A stretch of DNA of 63,057 nt, the filler included, from Octopus bimaculoides (taxonomy: Eukaryota): assembly GCF_001194135.2 (NCBI RefSeq). It is 5 parts of 5 records of this genome, joined end to end, with 100 filler letters (N's around TTAATTAATTAA, not from the genome) between each part and the next. Parts side by side here need not be neighbours in the genome. Positions count along the whole stretch, not along the records: positions 1 to 16,447 come from NC_068988.1; positions 16,548 to 30,822 come from NC_068981.1; 3 more parts are not named here. One strand, given 5' to 3'. Made by a program: the position numbers and the translations under genes. Below the pieces are notes generated by a model. The model worked only from the letters and a program-made list of their open reading frames with translations. It did no database searches and had not been told where the DNA came from. Below are positions 14,376 through 25,608 of the stretch, piece by piece. Numbering within the stretch: position 1 is the first letter of the stretch; every line of letters begins with the position of its first letter.

Positions 14376-14624
14376 ATATATATATATATATGATGATGAT
14401 GATTATATGTATGTTTTCTCTATTTTGAAGCAAAAAGCAAATATTGGTTTCCAAAATGAATATTCGACAGACACACGATCAGCATATGTGCAATCGTATA
14501 TGAAAGAGTTTGATATTTCAATTACAGGTGAGTTCGTATCCCAGGGGCTGACATCATTTCAGTCCTACCCATCTCACTGAAACAACTAGGGTTTNNNNNN
14601 NNNNTATATATATGTGTGTGTGTG

Positions 14625-14657
<33 letters not shown>

Positions 14658-14860
14658 GATGATGATGATTATATGTATGTTTTCTCTATTTTGAAGCAAA
14701 AAGCAAATATTGGTTTCCAAAATGAATATTCGACAGACACACGATCAGCATATGTGCAATCGTATATGAAAGAGTTTGATATTTCAATTACAGGTGAGTT
14801 CGTATCCCAGGGGCTGACATCATTTCAGTCCTACCCATCTCACTGAAACAACTAGGGTTT
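14376..14860. repeat. Apparently identical ~210 bp direct duplication around a 10-N gap (probable assembly overlap)
   Basis: About 14385-14594 recurs 266 bp downstream, ending at 14860; Ns at 14595-14604. Confidence 0.85.
14431..14527 (+). CDS. Candidate internal exon QKANIGFQNEYSTDTRSAYVQSYMKEFDISIT (copy at 14697-14793)
   Basis: gttttctctattttgaAG acceptor, consensus CAG|GTGAGT donor, 97 nt, only one open frame (phase 0 to 1). Confidence 0.45.
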
Positions 14861-15147
14861 ACTCAGGCTAGGGTAATAGGCACTGCGTAATGGAATAAAC
14901 TCTTTAACCACTCGGACAAGCCAGCATCCATATACGTGAGATTTTATACACGCACATATACAAACACCCACACACAAACACACACATACACACACACACT
15001 CACATCAACACTCTCACACGCACATATAATGTACCGTTCAGTGGTAGAAAATTCAACAAAAAACGTACTTTATCTATTGAGAGGTAAATATTAATTTAGA
15101 GGACACAATACATGTTTTTAAGCGTTTACTAGTTTCATATTCTTTTA

Positions 15148-15665
15148 TTCTTTTACTTGTTTCAGATATTTCACTGTTGCCTTTAGTCGAGCAAATCAAC
15201 ATTAGGACTTATTCTTTGTAAGCCTATTACTTATTCTATTACTCTTTTGCCGAACTGATAGGTTACGGGTAGGTAAACACAACAGCATCAGTTGTCAAGC
15301 GATGTTGGGGGACAAACACAGACACACAAACATACACACACACGTACATGCATACATATATATACACACACACACGCACGCACACACACACACACACACN
15401 NNNNNNNNNNNNNNNNNNNNNNNNNNNNNNNNNNNNNNNNNNNNNNNNNNNNNNNNNNNNNNNNNNNNNNNNNNNNNNNNNNNNNNNNNNNNNNNNNNNN
15501 NNNNNNNNNNNNNNNNNNNNNNNNNNNNNNNNNNNNNNNNNNNNNNNNNNNNNNNNNNNNNNNNNNNNNNNNNNNNNNNNNNNNNNNNNNNNNNNNNNNN
15601 NNNNNNTATATATGGGACTGAACCGGGAACTGTGTGGTTAGTTAGCAAGCTACTTACCACACACC
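15148..15665 (-). mobile_element. SINE family A spanning a gap
   Basis: 3' half at 15148-15330 and tRNA-like head at 15610-15665 match the reverse complement of 18257-18630. Confidence 0.8.
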
Positions 15666-15796
15666 CCCTTCAGAAATAACTGAAATATATTCCTTAGGCG
15701 AACATGTTCGAGATATTTCTCAACATATGGAACTATTAGTAGTAATTAAAAGCATGTACTGTGTCCTTTAAGTAAATAATGTATATAAGTATATGT

Positions 15797-16100
15797 GGAG
15801 GCGCAATGGCCCAGTAGTTAGGGCAGTGGGATCGTGGTCGGAGGATCGCGGTTTTGATTCCCAGACCGGGCGTTGTGTATGTATGTTGAGCGGAAACACC
15901 CAAAGCTCCACGAGGCACCGGCATGGGGTGGTGGTAACCCCTGTTGTACTCGTTACCTTCAACTTTCTTTCATTCTTTCTTCTTGTTTCTTGAGTAAAGC
16001 TGCGATGGATTGGCGTCCCGTCCAGCTAGTGGTGGAGCACATACGAAATAGAAACCGGGAAGCCGGGCCCATGAGCCTGGCTAGGCTTTAAAAGGGCTTT
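15797..16100 (+). mobile_element. tRNA-derived SINE family B
   Basis: GGCGCAATGGCCCAGTAGTTAGGGCAG...GGTTTTGATTCCC head (A/B boxes) followed by body and tail. Confidence 0.8.
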
Positions 16101-16139
16101 AAAAGATATGTATATATGCTTCTGCATTTGTATGTATCT

Positions 16140-16330
16140 GTGTGTGTGAGTATGTGTGCGTGTTTGTCCTCCAACACTACTGAACAGCTGGTATTGGTTT
16201 GTTTACGTTCCCTATCTTAGGTGTTTGGCGAAAGGCACCGACGATTGAAAAAGTATCAAACTTCAAAAATAAGTACTGGGACCGGATGGTGCCTCGGCAT
16301 GGCCGCAGTCCAGTACCTGAAAGAAGTAAA
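16140..16330 (+). mobile_element. SINE family A, 3' half
   Basis: GTTTACGTTCCC...CAGCATGGCCGCAGTC-type tail matching 18257-18630. Confidence 0.75.
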
Positions 16331-16491
16331 AGATGTATAAGCATAGATAGACACTCACAAAGCACAGACACTTGCATATACATATATATGTATATATACA
16401 AGTACATAAGTATGTGTATAGATGCATGTATATATATATATATATATNNNNNNNNNNNNNNNNNNNNNNNNNNNNNNNNNNNNNNNNNNNN

Positions 16492-16503
16492 TTAATTAAT
16501 TAA
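16492..16503. other. Artificial scaffold linker TTAATTAATTAA
   Basis: 44 N + 12 nt palindrome + 44 N = 100 nt; stops all six frames. Confidence 0.9.
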
Positions 16504-16547
16504 NNNNNNNNNNNNNNNNNNNNNNNNNNNNNNNNNNNNNNNNNNNN

Positions 16548-16762
16548 GTATGTGTGTATGTATGTCTGTGTTTGTCCCCCCAACATCGCTTGACCATCGA
16601 TGCTGGTGTGTTTACGTCCCCGTAACTTAACGGTTCAGCAAAAAGAGACCGATAGAATAAGTACTAGGCTTACAAAGAATAAGTCCTGGGGTCGATTTGC
16701 TCGACTAAAGGCGGTGCTCCAGCATGGCCACAGTCAGATGACTGAAACAAGTAAAAGAGTAA
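16548..16762 (+). mobile_element. SINE family A, 3' half
   Basis: CGCTTGAC...TTTACGTCCCCGTAAC...GGCGGTGCTCCAGCATGGCCACAGTCAGATGACTGAAACAAG. Confidence 0.85.
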
Positions 16763-16783
16763 AAAAATATATATATATCTATT

Positions 16784-16967
16784 ATAAATAAAGGCAAAGA
16801 GAAAAAAATTTTCTTTGCCAATATGCTGAAAAACAGACGCCAAATCGTCTAACCATATAAATACATGAAATAATATAAGTGAAAATATTTTATGTGGTTA
16901 GATGATTTAGTGTCTATTTTTCAGCATATTGGCAAAGAAATTTTTTTTCTTTTTGTCCTTATTTACA
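16784..16967. mobile_element. Palindromic MITE-like element
   Basis: Left ~80 bp (…TTTCTTTGCCAATATGCTGAAAAACAGAC…) is a near reverse complement of the right ~80 bp. Confidence 0.75.
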
Positions 16968-17057
16968 ATTGTATTTATAATTTTCACCTTAAAAGGTACT
17001 TTTCATATGCTGGCCACTACTAAACGTTTTTGATAATATATATATATATATATATAT

Positions 17058-17394
17058 GATGGCCGTCCACTCGTGGCCGAGGAAGACCATTGCTGACCTT
17101 CAGGAACATTGTGCACTCTAAGACTAACTTATATTTTCCATTTGCGGCTCCATTGGTGGCTCATGAGCCCTGCTCTTGACAAGCATACATGACTGCAAAC
17201 ATTGCAGATTAAGCTTTCCCCATTCACTATATGAGCCGTGCGCTTTCGCGCAGCTCGCTTAAGTTCTTCATGCTGGATACATGCTCTCTCAAAAGTGTCA
17301 ATCTCCTCCTTAACCTGCTTCCTCCATCTATGGCGATGACAGGCATTGTTCTCTCAGTCAGTGTCCTGCATATCACAAGCCTTTAATGAGGGCT

Positions 17395-17395
<1 letters not shown>
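17058..17395 (-). mobile_element. RTE-clade LINE 3' fragment
   Basis: Translates ...HRWRKQVKEEIDTFERACIQHEELKRAARK... then, after a frameshift, a C2H2-like ICNVCSHVCLSRAGLMSH typical of RTE C-termini. Confidence 0.65.
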
Positions 17396-17428
<33 letters not shown>

Positions 17429-17519
17429 CAACAAGAAATGATATTTGTCTCTTATTATAGAAACAAAAGGGTTTATAGGACAGCAAAAGAGGTGCTCAAA
17501 TATAAATGAGATGATGATA

Positions 17520-17685
17520 AAGAAGCATTGGTTATAGAACAAACATTTTATGTATATGTATTATTTTTTATGTGTTTGTAGACCATGGTGTTTTTTTTTT
17601 ATATATGATTAAATGTTGGAAGGATGGTGTTGTATGTAACGTCGTTGACCCAAATTTAATGTTTGTTCTATAACCAATGCTTCTT
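17520..17685. mobile_element. MITE-like element with perfect 28 bp inverted repeats
   Basis: AAGAAGCATTGGTTATAGAACAAACATT at 17520-17547; exact reverse complement at 17658-17685. Confidence 0.7.
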
Positions 17686-18256
17686 AATATATATATATAT
17701 ATATATAAATTATACTATTTTATAGAGATTGTTATTAATTAACAATACTTGTAGACAGGCTAGACTCGAAGTGCTCAAATTGAGCCAAGTTCCAATTTAT
17801 AATTTGAGTGGAGGCAATACGAGCGCAAAACTTGAGGAACATGACCTATTATCCAGCAGAATAGTCAATATATATGCACACTTACTTCAACATTAATAAA
17901 GCGACATAAAGCTCAACTTAACAGAAGCATTAATAACATACAACCATAGAGACATATACATATTTTTATAAGCCCGCAAATATCTAAAAATATTTTAAAA
18001 CATTTATAAATACATAGGCATTTAAAAAAATATATAAGTAAAATTAGTACAAAATATACACATAAGATATAAAAGCGTTGATATTATATAAGACATAGTG
18101 AATTATAAATTCATATGATATACTATAGAGGAACAAAAGTTTAGAGGTCACAACTCAAGCATATAGAGTATTTAAAAACACTTAGATATTTAAAAATATA
18201 TAAAAACATTCATAAATACATAGGCATACATATATATCTACACACACACATACAGA

Positions 18257-18630
18257 TGCAGGAGTGGCTGTGTGGTAAGAAGCTTGCTTCCCAACCACAT
18301 GATTCTGAGTTCAGTCCCACTGCGTGGCACCTTCGGCAAGTGTCTTCTACTATACTCTCAGGCAGAGCAAAGCCTTATGAGTGGATCTGGTAGACGGAAA
18401 CTGAAAGAATCCCGTCATATATATATATGTCTGTATTTGTCTCCTCATCATCGCTTGACAACTGATGTTGGTGTGTTTACGTCCCCATAATCTAGCTGTT
18501 TGACAAAAGAGAGCGATAGAATATAAGTACCAGGCTTACAAAGAATAAGTCCTGGGGTTGATTTGCTCGACTAAAGGCAGTGCTCCAGCATGGCCACAGT
18601 CACATGACTGAAACAAATGAAATAAAAAAT
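18257..18630 (+). mobile_element. SINE family A, full length
   Basis: tRNA-like head GTGGCTGTGTGGTAAG...GAGTTCAGTCC, internal TA microsatellite, 3' stem-loop tail and A-rich end. Confidence 0.9.
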
Positions 18631-18674
18631 TAAATAAATAAATACATACATACATACATGTATATGTATGTGTA

Positions 18675-18716
<42 letters not shown>

Positions 18717-18855
18717 CATACATATACATACATACATGCATGCAAGCATGTGTGCATGTGTATCTATCTCTCTATCTCTTTATATATATCAGAATGAAAT
18801 GTCTGATTTTGAACTTAAAGTTTATTTTACTTTATCTCAATAAAAAAGCAAGGCA

Positions 18856-19867
18856 GTTAATCAATGTATGCACCTAAATTATCAACACAATTTTACTGAT
18901 AGCTTATTTAAGCTGGCAGTGAAGAATTCTGGAGAGCAAGAGGTAATGAAATTTCAAAAGGCTGTTTTTGCATCTTCAGATTTGAAGTTTTTCCTTGCAA
19001 AATGTTGTCTAATGCCTGGAAAACATGATGGTCAATTGGTGCAAGGTCTGGGGAATATGGTGGATGACAGAATACTTCCAAGTTCAGTTCCTGTAACTTG
19101 GGTAGTGTTCTTTGTGCAACATGTGGTCAAGCATAGTCATGTGAGAAAATTAGCCGGTCTCTATTGACCAATCTCAGTTGCTTAATTGCAAGTTCACTCA
19201 TCATTTCATCCAATTGACTGATGTATACATCCGCTGTAATTGACTTACCAGGTCTCATGAAGCTGTAGTGGATGACACCAGCACTGGACCACCAAACAGA
19301 CACCATTAGTGTTTTTTTTGGTGAATATTCCTTTAAGGATTGTGTTTTGGCACTTCGTCTCTATCCAACCACTGTGCAGAATGCTTGCTATTGTTTAAAC
19401 GAATCCATTTTTTTATCACACATGACAATATGATGCAGAAATGGTTCACTTTTACGCTGTGACAGTAAAGAACAGCAAGTTTCAAGATGACATGTCATTT
19501 GATGCTCATTCAGTTCGTGTGGTACCCATTTGTCCAACTTCTTTACTATGCTGATTTGTTTCAGATGGTCCAATACAGTTGGAATCGAAGCATCAAATGT
19601 TGCTACTAACTCACACAAAGTTTGAGATGTATCCGCTTCCATTAGAGTTTCCAGCTCATCCTTATCCACTTTGGTCTCAAGTTTAACACGGGGCTGATTT
19701 TCAAGAGTAAAGTCACCAGACTGGGACGTCTCAAACCATCGACGTACAGTGCACTCATTTGCCACATCTTCACCAAACACCTCATTGATGTTTTGAGCTG
19801 TCTGGGATGCATGCGTTCCATGATGGAACTCATATTCATAAACCACTCGAATTTTTGATCTCTCCAT
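18856..19867 (-). pseudogene. Decayed mariner (DD34D) transposase
   Basis: WVPHEL and HPPYSPDLAPID motifs; 34 residues between the second and third catalytic D; frameshifts and stops. TIRs not resolved. Confidence 0.9.
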
Positions 19868-20112
19868 GGGTTCACAAAAATTGATTTAGAAGAGAAAATT
19901 CACAATATAATTAGACACCATGAATTTCATTTCGGAAAGTGATGTAACTCTTCAGTGTCGTAAAACAAAGAATTGTCAGGATAAAACATCAGAGATAACG
20001 ACTGTCAAACTTGGTGCATAATGACCTGACCAGACGAAACTTCTGAGAAGATCCGGAACTCAACTGAAGATAGAAAACCCTGAATGACCTGCCCTTGATT
20101 TTTTTTTTGTCC

Positions 20113-20927
20113 CTTTTTGTATTGCCTAACTGTCCAGATGTTTTGTTGTCACCTGTTGCATTCTTGTTCCATTTTTTGTATTCTTTTATTTCATCCTCTA
20201 ATTCCTTATGTACTTTGTACTTCTATATGTAAACCAGGTTGGCAAAATAACATAGTCTGCCATGGACACCTGTGCTTTGGTTCTTTCTTTCTTTTTCTTT
20301 TCTTCCTTTTTTTGTCACTTTTTGTATTGCCTAACTGTCCAGATGTTTTGTTGTCACCTGTTGCATTCTTGTTCCATTTTTTGTNNNNNNNNNNNNNNNN
20401 NNNNNNNNNNNNNNNNNNNNNNNNNNNNNNNNNNNNNNNNNNNNNNNNNNNNNNNNNNNNNNNNNNNNNNNNNNNNNNNNNNNNNNNNNNNNNNNNNNNN
20501 NNNNNNNNNNNNNNNNNNNNNNNNNNNNNNNNNNNNNNNNNNNNNNNNNNNNNNNNNNNNNNNNNNNNNNNNNNNNNNNNNNNNNNNNNNNNNNNNNNNN
20601 NNNNNNNNNNNNNNNNNNNNNNNNNNNNNNNNNNNNNNNNNNNNNNNNNNNNNNNNNNNNNNNNNNNNNNNNNNNNNNNNNNNNNNNNNNNNNNNNNNNN
20701 NNNNNNNNNNNNNNNNNNNNNNNNNNNNNNNNNNNNNNNNNNNNNNNNNNNNNNNNNNNNNNNNNNNNNNNNNNNNNNNNNNNNNNNNNNNNNNNNNNNN
20801 NNNNNNNNNNNNNNNNNNNNNNNNNNNNNNNNNNNNNNNNNNNNNNNNNNNNNNNNNNNNNNNNNNNNNNNNNNNNNNGCTTTGGTTCTTTCTTTCTTTT
20901 TCTTTTCTCCCTTTTTTTGTCACTTTT
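20113..20927. repeat. ~205 bp tandem repeat, partly collapsed into a gap
   Basis: CTTTTTGTATTGCCTAACTGTCCAGATG... at 20113 and 20318; 20275-20322 recurs at 20879 after the gap. Confidence 0.8.
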
Positions 20928-21168
20928 GCTATGAATTAAATTAATGAATTCAACGGGATACACCGTCTGCAAGTAGTTGGGTTCAGCATATTATCCTCCA
21001 TTTTCTAATTGTTACACAAATTTTGAGTAAAACCTCCACTTTTACCCGCTCCCATTGATTGCACCTAGTATAGCACTAGTGTAGCAATAATTGGGTACCC
21101 TCCCAGCAGTATACTGGATAGATACTATCCCTTAGTGGGTTGAACCCCCAACCCCTAACTCTCACACG

Positions 21169-21205
<37 letters not shown>

Positions 21206-21798
21206 GAGAGACACACACACATATGCGTGCACGCACACACACATGTATTTTTCCTTCCTGTTTCACCAACAATATAAATGCCACCACCTCTTGATTCCAC
21301 AACATGCTGCTACATAAACACTGTTGCTTTTGATAATTGTAGACTTTGGCATCATATATGTAAGTGTGTGTGAGTGTGTGTGTGTGTGTGTTTATTATAA
21401 ACTGTGTCAAGGTATACAAACATATACTAATATTGTATGACATTGAAAAAAATCAATAGCCTAGTTAGACTTATCCTACTTATTGCAGGAAGTACAAAAT
21501 GAAAACTTGAAATAATTATGCAGTGAAAAAAAACACATATAGTCATCAACTAATATGGGTCTAAGTGTGTGTGTGTGTGGGGGGGTATAAATATACACAC
21601 AGAACAGGTCACAGTTGCAAAGCGACGAAAATATTTTGACACAAATTAAATTTAAATGTTGAAGTAAATCTAACAGTTTTTGCGTGTTTTTAAATGGCTT
21701 ATAAACACCTGCCATGCTGCAATTGTTTTTGTTCCAGCACACGATCTCAGATCAGGTCACTTGCTATGCAAGTATATTTCCCTATATATATGCCAATG

Positions 21799-22073
21799 TC
21801 AGGACTGCTTGACTGGCCCCCGTGCCGGTGGTACATAAAAAGCACCATCTGAACGTGGTCGATGCCAGGTCTGCCTGACTGGCTCCTGTGCCGGTGGCAC
21901 ATAAAAAGCACCCACTACACTCTCTGAGTGGTTGGCATTAGGAAGGGCATCCAGCTGTAGAAACATTGCCCAAGCAGACTGGAGCCTTGTGCAGCTGCTG
22001 GCTTTCCAGACCTCAATCCAACCCATGCCAGCATGGAAAATGGATGTTAAATGATGATGATGATGATGATGAT
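21799..22073 (+). mobile_element. SINE-like family D with (GAT)n tail
   Basis: GTGCCGGTGGCACATAAAAAGCAC...AGGAAGGGCATCCAGC...CCATGCCAGCATGGAA...(GAT)n; multiple copies in the window. Confidence 0.85.
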
Positions 22074-22209
22074 GGTTAATTCAGCTTCACTAAAAGTGAC
22101 TAAAGGTGTGGGTATACCAGCGTTGCTTGAAATGAGAGTCAGAAGACTCTTTAGACACAAACAACGCACATGTTCTATGTACTGACAAGGGAGACAACCT
22201 CCCCACCAC

Positions 22210-22276
22210 AAGTAAGGGCATTAGATAGGCACACCAATTTCGCATGAAAATTAATGCTCATCAGTAATGCTTACTC
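22210..22276 (-). ncRNA. Type I hammerhead ribozyme with intact core
   Basis: Minus strand: GAGUAA GCAUUA-CUGAUGA-GCAU(UAAUUUUC)AUGC-GAAA-UUGG(UGUG)CCU-AUC-UAAUGC CC UUACUU. All three stems form and the cleavage triplet is AUC. Confidence 0.85.
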
Positions 22277-23360
22277 CATTGCTTGTGAAGTTGAAATTCC
22301 ACTTGTCAGTATTTATCAGAAATTATCATAGGAATCAATGGATGATTCAGCAAAATACACACACACACACACACATGTATATCAATTCAGTTTAGCTATT
22401 AACCTTATAAGTTTGCTTTAGAAACCGTATCTACAAGTATCAGTTATCCATAGAATATATATGAAAATATTAACAAAGGAGAATGGATTGAGCAACATGT
22501 TTTATTGTATAACACTACAAACATTTCATTGCCTCTTTTCCAGAAGATCACTACTGGAATATTATTATTATGTAATATATGAAATTATATTTAACAAATG
22601 GTATAATTATAAATAGGGCAAATTTTAGCCATTTCTCTACAGACTGAAAAAAACGACATTAAACGATGATGATGATGATGATGATGATCTGATTAAAGAC
22701 GTTGCAATTCAAAAAAGTGGGAAGAAACTTTTCAAATCTAAACAAAACGGAAGTATACAAAAATAAACATTATTTTCCATCTTAATGCTAGCTTTCTTTC
22801 ATTTTGAAAGATAACAATCTATTTTACGGTTTATTATAGTCTATATTTTGAATTACATATATATGGGGGTACCAACATCTTTCAAGTGCTTAAGACATGT
22901 ACAAGTCTTAATCCAGCGCTGAATACAAAGACATTTCAGGTTAAAATGGGTTAACAGTAACATACATAGTTTGTATCTGGCAATTGTAACCCGAATAAAC
23001 CCTTACCCCACCCCCATCGCACCCGGTATCATTCTATCTCAACCCATCACTTCACTGTATAATGTTCCACTACTATCATTATACCATTTCCGACAGATAT
23101 TAATGCCAAACTTTCACAGTTCTTCTCTTACTTAATCTCCAGGTGACAATTCTATTGAGATTATTTTGGCTGGTGGCAGTTATAATCACCAAAGATATCT
23201 TTTTCCTATCTTTTTCTGCTGATTCCAGTGTTACCAGACATATGTCAAATTCCTTCCACAGATCACTCACGTAATACGATATCTTTGTGTTGATATATTA
23301 TATCTCAGCGTCAAAGTAGATCAAGAAAGGGACAGGTGCATTTTATATATATATACATAC

Positions 23361-23396
<36 letters not shown>

Positions 23397-23872
23397 CTAT
23401 ATATACACACACATACATATATATATATGTATATATATCCCATTTATGTGAAAATGAATCTTTCTCCTTCCCTCCCTCCCTCCTTCCCTCAACCTCTCTT
23501 CCTTCTCTTATATGTGNNNNNNNNNNNNNNNNNNNNNNNNNNNNNNNNNNNNNNNNNNNNNNNNNNNNNNNNNNNNNNNNNNNNNNNNNNNNNNNNNNNN
23601 NNNNNNNNNNNNNNNNNNNNNNNNNNNNNNNNNNNNNNNNNNNNNNNNNNNNNNNNNNNNNNNNNNNNNNNNNNNNNNNNNNNNNNNNNNNNNNNNNNNN
23701 NNNNNNNNNNNNNNNNNNNNNNNNNNNNNNNNNNNNNNNNNNNNNNNNNNNNNNNNNNNNNNNNNNNNNNNNNNNNNNNNNNNNNNNNNNNNNNNNNNNN
23801 NNNNNNNNNNNNNNNNNNNNNNNNNNNNNNNNNNNNNNNNNNNNNNNNNNNNNNNNNNNNNNNNNNNNNNNN

Positions 23873-23907
<35 letters not shown>

Positions 23908-24194
23908 TATTTTCTCTCCCTGTATATTTCTGGGTTCCTTTCTGTCGAAGAGCATAGGCTCGAAATGTAAAAGACTTTCTCACTTCTCGAGCGTTAAACT
24001 AATACATCTGCTTGTGGTTTACACATCCGTCTTCCTCTTTTGTAAAATCTATCTATCTATATGTCTATCTGTCTAGTTATCTGTCTGTCTGTCTCTCTAT
24101 CTCTATCTCTCTCATATATATAGAATATAGAATCACACTCAACTCTCAATCAGAATCTCAATCTAATAGAGATCAAAAATGGAAATTGTTGTCA

Positions 24195-24399
24195 TGGCTG
24201 AGGCCAGTTCCGCCTGACTGGCTTCTGTGGCAGTGGCACGTAAATAGCACCCACTGGCGTCAGGAAGGGCATCCAGCTGTAGAAACACTGCCAGATCAGA
24301 TTGGAGCCTGGGGCGGCCGCTGGCTTTCTAGACCTCGGTCAAACTGTCCAACCCATGCCCCATGCCAGTCTGGAAAACAGACAATGATGATGATGATAT
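24195..24399 (+). mobile_element. SINE-like family D
   Basis: Matches 21799-22073; ends in (GAT)n. Confidence 0.8.
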
Positions 24400-24420
24400 A
24401 TGTGTGTGTATATATATATA

Positions 24421-24780
24421 TACTGCATCTCACATAAGAACGAGATACTGCAGCAGCCTCGGTTTCAGAGGACCTCAGCTCTTCAATGCCCTGCCAAAAC
24501 ATTTGAGAGACATGCAAGACATGGATGCGGAGGTCTTCAAGACAAAACTTGACGCTTTCCTCTCCACGATACCAGACGAACCAATGGCTCGTAATGAGAC
24601 GCAGTTTAGGGCAGCTGTGTCAAATTCTCTTATACACCAGATGTGCCATCAAAACTCTTGATTGGACCATGTCAGGTGGGGGAGAAGAGCCATGCAAGGA
24701 ACGTGAAAATCACGGTGGTGCACCAGCATGACCGCAGCCACTTGGCTGAAACACATAAATAAAAATAAATAAATAAATAA
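24421..24780 (+). mobile_element. CR1-like LINE 3' end
   Basis: Translates SLGFRGPQLFNALPKHLRD...FKTKLDAFLSTIPDEP, homologous to the C-terminus of ORF 43031-44038; 3' UTR stem-loop and (TAAA)n tail. Confidence 0.85.
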
Positions 24781-24782
24781 AA

Positions 24783-24818
<36 letters not shown>

Positions 24819-24835
24819 TTATATATATATGTATA

Positions 24836-25095
24836 TATAATCAAATGAATAATAACAGACGATAGATAATTGTCAGCTCATTACAGCTGTTTCTTATGCA
24901 TTTTTTAACAGAAGAATGAGATGTCCCTGCTGTATTCTTGGGATATTTTTTTGTTTTTGAAATTATGTTTCATCTGACGATTGTGTTTTTTTTGCAATGG
25001 AGTAATGTTCTCAATTCTTCTATTAAAAAATGCATAAGAAACAGCTGTAATGCGCTGACAATTACCCATCGTCTGTTATTATTCATTTGATTATA
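24836..25095. mobile_element. Short element with ~86 bp near-perfect inverted arms and a hammerhead motif
   Basis: 24836-24921 is the reverse complement of 25009-25095 with few mismatches. Confidence 0.8.
24971..25052 (+). ncRNA. Minimal (PLE-type) hammerhead motif with long stem II
   Basis: CAU-CUGACGA-UUGUGUUUUUUUU...AAAAAAUGCAUAA-GAAA-C(AGCU)G-UA-AUG: intact core, palindromic loop III, GUA triplet; stem I only 3 bp. Confidence 0.6.
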
Positions 25096-25341
25096 ATACA
25101 CCAAGGGGGATTTACAACTTGTCGGACACCCTAGAGTATACCAACAACATACTATTCAAAGTAATGCGTGATTTGGACCAGCCCCTTAGGCACTAAATAT
25201 TCATAGGATTAGTTTTCTCTGTGTACACAACTGAAATATCCTATTTGATACTAACCAAACATAGGCCAGAACCACAGGTTTAACCGACCCTACCTGGTAC
25301 ATATCTTTGTAAGTACCTGATACTATCTGAATCCTTATTTC

Positions 25342-25608
<267 letters not shown>

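Noticed and set aside
14376-14860. Tandem exon duplication as a mutually exclusive splicing cassette
   Set aside because: The copies look identical and flank a 10-N gap, typical of an unmerged contig overlap.
16492-16503. Conserved palindromic regulatory motif TTAATTAATTAA
   Set aside because: It is always centred in an exact 100 nt gap, so it is an assembly spacer.
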